DNA from: an uncultured Methanosarcinales archaeon
GTDB lineage: Archaea > Nanobdellota > Nanobdellia > Woesearchaeales > JABIAG01
Assembly: GCA_964427985.1 (NCBI GenBank)
Contig: CAYRWJ010000019.1
Coordinates: 1-18,500 of the forward strand
Direction: 5' to 3'
DNA: 18,500 nucleotides
Shown here piece after piece: positions 15,521 through 18,500 of the stretch. Below the pieces are notes generated by a model. That model worked only from the letters and a program-made list of their open reading frames with translations, was not told the origin of the DNA and did no database searches. The stretch's first letter is position 1. Each line of letters starts with the position of its first letter. A program made the translations under genes and the position numbers.

Positions 15521-16096
15521 ATGCTATTTGAAACACTATTTGCAACATTATTTGATTTGTTCCAAGGACAGATAGATTTCTTTTCAGGATTGTTTACTAA
15601 AATAATGATATCTGCAATATTTTTAATATTTGGATTAGTTATTGGGCGGTTGGCAGGGAATTTTACAAAAAGAATATTAAAAGAAATAGAATTAAATAAA
15701 ATACTTAAAAAAACAGCAAATATCAATATGGAAATGGAAGACCTGGTGGGGCAAGTAGTAAGTTATATAATTTATTTTTTTGCAGTACTAATGGCATTAA
15801 GTCAATTAGGAATAACTACAACCGTATTAACTGTAATTGCAATAGGAGTTGTTGTTATAATCGTATTAACCTTTATTTTGGGTGTTAAAGATTTTATTCC
15901 AAATATGATAGCGGGAATAATGATTAACAAAAATAAGTTATTTAAAGAGGGTGATGTTATTGATGTGGCGGGAGTAAAAGGAAAAGTAATACATCTAAAA
16001 TTAATAGAAACAGAAATAAAAAGTAAAAATGATTCAATATTTATACCTAATTCTACAATATTGAAAAATAGATTAAAAATAGTTAAGAAAAGTTAA
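15521..16096 (+). CDS. Small MscS-family mechanosensitive channel (191 aa, short form)
   Basis: Three hydrophobic helices, then the MscS beta-domain pattern NMIAGIMINKNKLFKEGDVIDVAGVKGKVIHLKLIETEIKSKNDSIFIPNSTI. A TATA-like GATTTAAATAC is centred ~27 nt upstream of the ATG. Confidence 0.7.
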   Translation: MLFETLFATLFDLFQGQIDFFSGLFTKIMISAIFLIFGLVIGRLAGNFTKRILKEIELNKILKKTANINMEMEDLVGQVVSYIIYFFAVLMALSQLGITTTVLTVIAIGVVVIIVLTFILGVKDFIPNMIAGIMINKNKLFKEGDVIDVAGVKGKVIHLKLIETEIKSKNDSIFIPNSTILKNRLKIVKKS

Positions 16097-16335
16097 CATA
16101 ATTGTTCAATAGAACTAATAACATCTAAAATTTGAACTCTAATTCCTGCTTCAATATTATTACTATTAAGTTCTAATTCTTCTAATTCATTACAACATTT
16201 ATTTTTTTTAATGTTAATATCATCATCATTTTTAAGAATTTCAATAATTTTATTTAAAGTAGCAGAAACATTTTTTGGAAGAGTATTTTCTTCAATAATA
16301 CAATTTACAAAACCAATTAGATCACTTACTTTCAT
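16093..16335 (-). CDS. UPF0147-like small archaeal protein (80 aa)
   Basis: EENTLPKNVSATLNKIIEIL....IRVQILDVISSIEQL resembles the UPF0147 pattern. It overlaps the prefoldin stop by 14 nt. Confidence 0.45.
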   Translation of the reverse strand: MKVSDLIGFVNCIIEENTLPKNVSATLNKIIEILKNDDDINIKKNKCCNELEELELNSNNIEAGIRVQILDVISSIEQLC

Positions 16336-16645
16336 TTTTAGTCTCTTTCATAAATTCTTTTCTTAATTCATCTGCTTTTTCTTTAAGTTTTTTTTCTTGA
16401 GTTTCAATGGTTTTGATTCTTAAATTTATTTCTTCTTTTTTCATAGTAAGTTCTTTTTGTAACTCTTCTTTATTAGTAGAAAGCATAACGCCTCCAAGAA
16501 TTTTATAACTTTCTTTAGCATTAGAAAGTTCGTTTAAAGCTGATTCAGTTTCAATCATACTTTGTTGAAATTGTTGTTTTTGCATAAGAAATTGTTGAAG
16601 ATTTTGTTCAATTAATTGCATTTGTTGCATTTTTTCGGTATTCAT
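16322..16645 (-). CDS. pfdB: Prefoldin beta subunit
   Basis: A 107-aa coiled-coil protein: QQMQLIEQNLQQFLMQKQQFQ...ALNEL...YKILGGVMLS...ELTMKKEEINLRIKTIETQEKKL. It lies in the conserved archaeal cluster. Confidence 0.85.
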   Translation of the reverse strand: MNTEKMQQMQLIEQNLQQFLMQKQQFQQSMIETESALNELSNAKESYKILGGVMLSTNKEELQKELTMKKEEINLRIKTIETQEKKLKEKADELRKEFMKETKNESK

Positions 16646-16860
16646 TTTATCTCCTTAACTTTGTGAAAAACACTTAACATTTGAGTAAGTGAATTTAATG
16701 TGGCTCTTAAAGCTACTGGGTCTTGAGCTTTAATTTCAAAAATTAATTTGTCTTTTTTTATAATATTAATCGTTGAACGTAATTGCTTAGTAATATCCGC
16801 TTTAATTGCTTTGTAAAGTTCTTCAACATCTTCATCAATGGTAATTAATGCAGTAATCAT
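16642..16860 (-). CDS. pcc1: KEOPS complex subunit Pcc1
   Basis: 72 aa. LIFEIKAQDPVALRATLNSLTQML matches the Pcc1 signature (I.A.D..ALRa..NS.l). ATGA overlap with rpoP. Confidence 0.7.
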   Translation of the reverse strand: MITALITIDEDVEELYKAIKADITKQLRSTINIIKKDKLIFEIKAQDPVALRATLNSLTQMLSVFHKVKEIK

Positions 16861-16994
16861 CTTGCTTTAATTTTAGTTGATTGAGTTCGTGGTTTGTAAA
16901 TCATCTTAGATCCACAATAAGGACATCTAACTTTTTTTCTTAAAAATTCTTCGCCAACTTTTTTATTACACTGAAAACATTTATACAGAACCAT
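16857..16994 (-). CDS. rpoP: DNA-directed RNA polymerase subunit P (Rpo12), 45 aa; not in the supplied ORF track
   Basis: Hand translation of the minus strand gives MVLYKCFQCNKKVGEEFLRKKVRCPYCGSKMIYKPRTQSTKIKAR*. The zinc ribbon is CxxC...CxxC, with the RpoP-typical YKC and CPYCG. Confidence 0.8.
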   Translation of the reverse strand: MVLYKCFQCNKKVGEEFLRKKVRCPYCGSKMIYKPRTQSTKIKAR

Positions 16995-17244
16995 TTTTTT
17001 CTCCAGAGTCTTCTGAGATCTCTTTTACACTTTCTTTAATTTTAGTTTTAGTAATATCATATGCTCTTCCAGTAAATTTTGAATTACATTTAGTACAAGT
17101 CCAAATTCCCATTGCAATTCGTTTAACTTTTAATGCATGACAATAAGGGCATTTTTTAGCTTGATTTTTAATAGTTAGAAATTTTGAAAGTTTATCTCTA
17201 ACCTTTCTACCGTATCTTGCTCCGTAACTTAATTTTTTTGCCAT
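16981..17244 (-). CDS. rpl37ae: Large-subunit ribosomal protein L37Ae (eL43)
   Basis: MAKKLSYGARYGRKVRDKL...CPYCHA...WTCTKCNSKFTGRAY is a zinc ribbon. Start moved to ATG 17244 (GGAG 8 nt upstream); the track start at 17256 is a TTG. Confidence 0.9.
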   Translation of the reverse strand: MAKKLSYGARYGRKVRDKLSKFLTIKNQAKKCPYCHALKVKRIAMGIWTCTKCNSKFTGRAYDITKTKIKESVKEISEDSGEKNGSV

Positions 17245-17280
17245 AATAATCTCCAAAATTTAAATGGTTTTGTCCATTTT

Positions 17281-17340
17281 TTTGTTAAACGAAATTTTCT
17301 CGCTTAACAAAGGACTATGCTCACTTTGTTTGTATAGTCC
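17281..17340 (-). other. Two adjacent stem-loops between the tRNA-Pro 3' end and the L37Ae start
   Basis: On the minus strand: GGACTAT-15 nt-ATAGTCC (17312-17340), then UUUGUUAAGCGA-7 nt-UCGUUUAACAAA (17281-17311, 12 bp with one G-U). On the plus strand the G-U would be an A-C mismatch. Confidence 0.5.
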
Positions 17341-17357
17341 GTCTTAGTTATTTTAAG

Positions 17358-17461
17358 TGGGGCTGCCCAGACATTCGACAACCCTAATTTTTGAGTTGTA
17401 TTCGAACTGGGGTCCTCTGGTCCCAAACCAGAGAGGATGGACCAAGCTACCCTACAGCCCC
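17358..17461 (-). tRNA. tRNA-Pro(UGG): tRNA-Pro (anticodon UGG) with a 29-nt intron in the T-loop; no encoded CCA
   Basis: Hand-folded. The acceptor stem is GGGGCTG/CAGCCCC with discriminator A, plus U8, A14, G18G19 and A21. The anticodon stem is TCTGG/CCAGA with loop TTTGGGA (anticodon TGG, G37). The T-stem is CCCAG/CTGGG, and the T-loop TTCGAAT is restored after intron removal. The exons sum to 75 nt. Confidence 0.85.
17371..17400 (-). other. tRNA intron (29 nt; boundary ambiguous by 1 nt) at position 59/60, with a canonical helix-bulge-helix-bulge-helix splice motif
   Basis: The pre-tRNA reads CCCAG-[TTCG]-AAT-[ACAAC]-loop-[GTTGT]-[CGAA]-TGT-CTGGG. That is a 5-bp helix, a 3-nt bulge, a 4-bp helix, a 3-nt bulge and a 5-bp helix. 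Confidence 0.75.
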
Positions 17462-17527
17462 GTTATGTCTATTAGATAAAGGGAAAAATAATGCGTTTAT
17501 AAATGTTACTGTAATGTAAAAAGAAAT

Positions 17528-17583
17528 AACCGTTGCACAACATTTTGAGGGGGGTGTATCCAGAAGGATAACGTGCAACGGTT
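17528..17583 (-). terminator. Long-loop hairpin immediately 3' of the 136-aa ORF (11-bp stem AACCGTTGCAC/GTGCAACGGTT, 34-nt loop)
   Basis: A perfect 11-bp inverted repeat starts 2 nt after the stop codon of the minus-strand ORF. A terminator or RNA-stability role is a guess. Confidence 0.3.
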
Positions 17584-17584
17584 G

Positions 17585-17995
17585 TTAATCGTCAATCAAT
17601 GATTTAGCATTACGTGAGAGCTCTTTGCTCCACAATAAACCAATTCTTAACATCTCTTTTTTGAAATTATTTGAAATTTTGTAAGTTTTTTTATACATAT
17701 CATAATCAATAATGCCCATACTTCGAAAGGGGGTTAATATTCTATCGTAAAATTGGCGTTTGTTATAGGAAAGTTTTACTTTTTTTCCTTTAAACTTCGG
17801 TGTTGGGATCTTTGCAATGATTTTACCTTCATGTAAACTTGTTGCAAACATGGACATTTGAGTTTTTCCTATTTCACCTCCATTGTCTTTTATGAAATCT
17901 ATGAGCAGTCTACCTACTATTGATTGTTGTTCTGTAGCGAACACTAATTCATATATATCCTCCGGCAGGTTAAACCTGTCGAATAATATTACCAT
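17585..17995 (-). CDS. Hypothetical protein (136 aa), no family recognised
   Basis: An ATG-initiated ORF with a TATA-like TATATAAATA centred ~27 nt upstream. Its local composition looks less AT-rich than the surroundings. Confidence 0.5.
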   Translation of the reverse strand: MVILFDRFNLPEDIYELVFATEQQSIVGRLLIDFIKDNGGEIGKTQMSMFATSLHEGKIIAKIPTPKFKGKKVKLSYNKRQFYDRILTPFRSMGIIDYDMYKKTYKISNNFKKEMLRIGLLWSKELSRNAKSLIDD

Positions 17996-18015
17996 ATTGT
18001 AGGGAAAGCATAACT

Positions 18016-18182
18016 AGTATATAAATATTTCGTTTAGTATACGAAAAGGTATACTAATCTCCATCGGAAACAGGGGGGTGTGGTAAAAAGTATACTAGTC
18101 TAACTAATATTGATTTCCTGTGCTTAAAAGGGTTACTTTTATAAATGAGTTAAAAATTTAATTATTTATGAGTATACTAATC
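18016..18182. repeat. Cluster of GTATA(C/T) boxes; three 12-nt copies RGTATACTARTC at 18048, 18089 and 18171 (spacing 41 and 82 nt)
   Basis: GGTATACTAATC (18048-18059), AGTATACTAGTC (18089-18100) and AGTATACTAATC (18171-18182, codons 2-5 of the downstream ORF). Weaker copies are AGTATATAAATA (18016-18027) and AGTATACGAAAA (18036-18047). Confidence 0.75.
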
Positions 18183-18500
18183 ATTGGTGGAAGAGGAAAA
18201 CAATCTTTTGGAAGACATGCCGCTAGAATTCTAATGGGAAAAGGATATGAAATAGTAATGTCAAGTACAACTCCAGAAGGAGTTGAAGAAATAGATTCAA
18301 GAATTAATGAAAGAAACAATACCCAACTTAGAGGATGTTTAATCCGTGGTGCTAATTTGGGAGGGAATGTAACATTAGGAAATTCAGATTTATCAAAAGT
18401 TTTACAAGATAAGCAACCTGATTTAGTATATGATGCATCACAGGATAGGTTGCTAGGAGATTCAATACATGTATGTCATGCAGACGAGTGTTTAAAAGCA
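18168..18500 (+). CDS. Partial ORF (111 codons, runs off the window) with a Rossmann-like N-terminus
   Basis: I read this frame by hand from ATG 18168 to the window end and found no stop codon. MSILIIGGRGKQSFGRHAARILMGKGYEIV resembles a dinucleotide-binding beta-alpha-beta start. A TATA-like TTTTATAAAT is centred ~25 nt upstream. Confidence 0.4.
   Translation, partial: MSILIIGGRGKQSFGRHAARILMGKGYEIVMSSTTPEGVEEIDSRINERNNTQLRGCLIRGANLGGNVTLGNSDLSKVLQDKQPDLVYDASQDRLLGDSIHVCHADECLKA

Noticed and set aside
15460-15726. 88-aa minus-strand ORF overlapping the MscS-like gene start and the divergent promoter
   Set aside because: It overlaps 200 nt of a CDS with recognisable MscS motifs and spans the TATA region. 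Its N/I/F-rich translation has no features.
17257-17266. ATTTAAAT as the L37Ae promoter TATA box
   Set aside because: It is centred only ~18 nt from the ATG and lies upstream of a GGAG ribosome-binding site. The implied transcription start would fall inside the gene.
17358-18167. tRNA-Pro as the attachment site of an integrated element carrying the 136-aa gene
   Set aside because: There is no integrase and no duplicated tRNA 3' or 5' fragment in the window. The gene lies on the 5' side of the tRNA. Only the weaker 10-mer repeat observation was kept.
1-18500. CRISPR arrays, rRNA genes, transposases/IS elements and integrases
   Set aside because: I saw no regularly spaced 25-40-nt repeats, no rRNA-like segments, and no ORF with transposase or integrase motifs. 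The repeats present are the short ones listed above. The A/T homopolymer runs are compositional.

Overview
Visibly AT-rich archaeal genome fragment. The archaeal call rests on a thermosome, prefoldin beta, KEOPS Pcc1, RpoP, ribosomal protein L37Ae and a tRNA-Pro with a bulge-helix-bulge intron in its T-loop; a small-genome DPANN-like lineage is only a guess. The flanks are housekeeping: a thermosome gene at the 5' edge, and at 16.1-17.5 kb a tightly overlapping L37Ae-RpoP-Pcc1-PfdB-UPF0147 operon next to the tRNA-Pro. The central ~13 kb (1.4-14.8 kb) is a heavily remodelled Liv-type (branched-chain amino acid family) ABC importer locus. It has one livH, one livM, and a single ATPase ORF that is an in-frame LivG::LivF chimera. 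It also has five deeply diverged LivK-like lipoprotein binding proteins (SBPs). Four of these SBPs are each divergently paired with a ~242-aa TrmB-like winged-helix regulator, two cassettes in each orientation, and they share conserved intergenic blocks. Two toxin-antitoxin modules are wedged into the locus. A RelE/ParE-type pair forms a ~0.75 kb cassette bracketed by a duplicated copy of the livF 3' end. A wHTH-MNT/HEPN pair is translationally coupled into the livH-SBP5-livM operon. One SBP carries an in-frame TAA. The strongest candidate for something undescribed is the iterated TrmB-like/SBP cassette bank feeding one shared translocator, together with signs of ongoing rearrangement or decay. 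All calls come from reading the translations and the DNA by eye; no database search was possible.
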